From: Prevotella sp.
GTDB lineage: Bacteria > Bacteroidota > Bacteroidia > Bacteroidales > Dysgonomonadaceae
Assembly (NCBI GenBank): GCA_031285625.1
Contig: JAITVV010000030.1
Coordinates: 1-15,959 of the forward strand
DNA: 15,959 bases
Reading direction: 5' to 3'
Made by a program: the position numbers and the translations under genes. Each line of letters starts with the position of its first letter. The first letter of the stretch is position 1. A model generated the notes under the pieces. It was not told where the DNA came from and searched no databases. It was given only the letters and a program-made list of their open reading frames with translations. This document shows positions 15,856 to 15,959 of the stretch, piece after piece.

Positions 15856-15959
15856 TGAGCGTTGCCCCCTCGTGCCAAATCTAAATTGACCCCTGAAAAA
15901 ACTTTATGATTACCCCTAAATTATCCTGGTCGACGGGGTCATTTTTATTTTAGATTTAC
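15856..15959. mobile_element. Probable terminal region of an IS21-family insertion sequence
   Basis: Begins TGAGCGTTGCC..., with AAATTGACCCC at 15883-15893 and an inverted GGGGTCATTTT at 15935-15945. A 5'-TG end with reiterated subterminal motifs is typical of IS21. No transposase is visible in the window. Confidence 0.5.

Overview
AT-rich window, most likely Bacteroidota (TAnnTTTG promoter boxes, IntDOT-like integrases). It consists almost entirely of accessory DNA stacked in tandem at a tRNA-Pro(UGG) integration site. Element 1 (from beyond the left edge to about 4751) contains a long rod-shaped putative ncRNA, a two-gene SF1 helicase + DUF2290-like cassette (architecture of the known anti-phage Helicase-DUF2290 system) and a tyrosine integrase with four CGTGACG arm-like repeats. 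It ends in a 5'-truncated tRNA-Pro copy. Element 2 (4739-13760) is complete and bounded by a perfect 13-bp direct repeat of the tRNA 3' end. It carries an integrase, an XRE repressor, small ORFs including an unlisted 58-aa one, a HUH rolling-circle Rep and an excisionase-like HTH. Its cargo is a YhcG/DUF1016 PD-(D/E)xK nuclease and a ~1146-aa HD-phosphohydrolase/Hsp90-like GHKL ATPase fusion, a candidate defence protein. It has no recognisable virion or conjugation genes. The right part holds a HEPN-motif gene plus a small partner, a serine resolvase with a res-like palindrome, and a gene fragment cut off by a probable IS21-family end. All family calls come from motif recognition by eye; no database searches were run.
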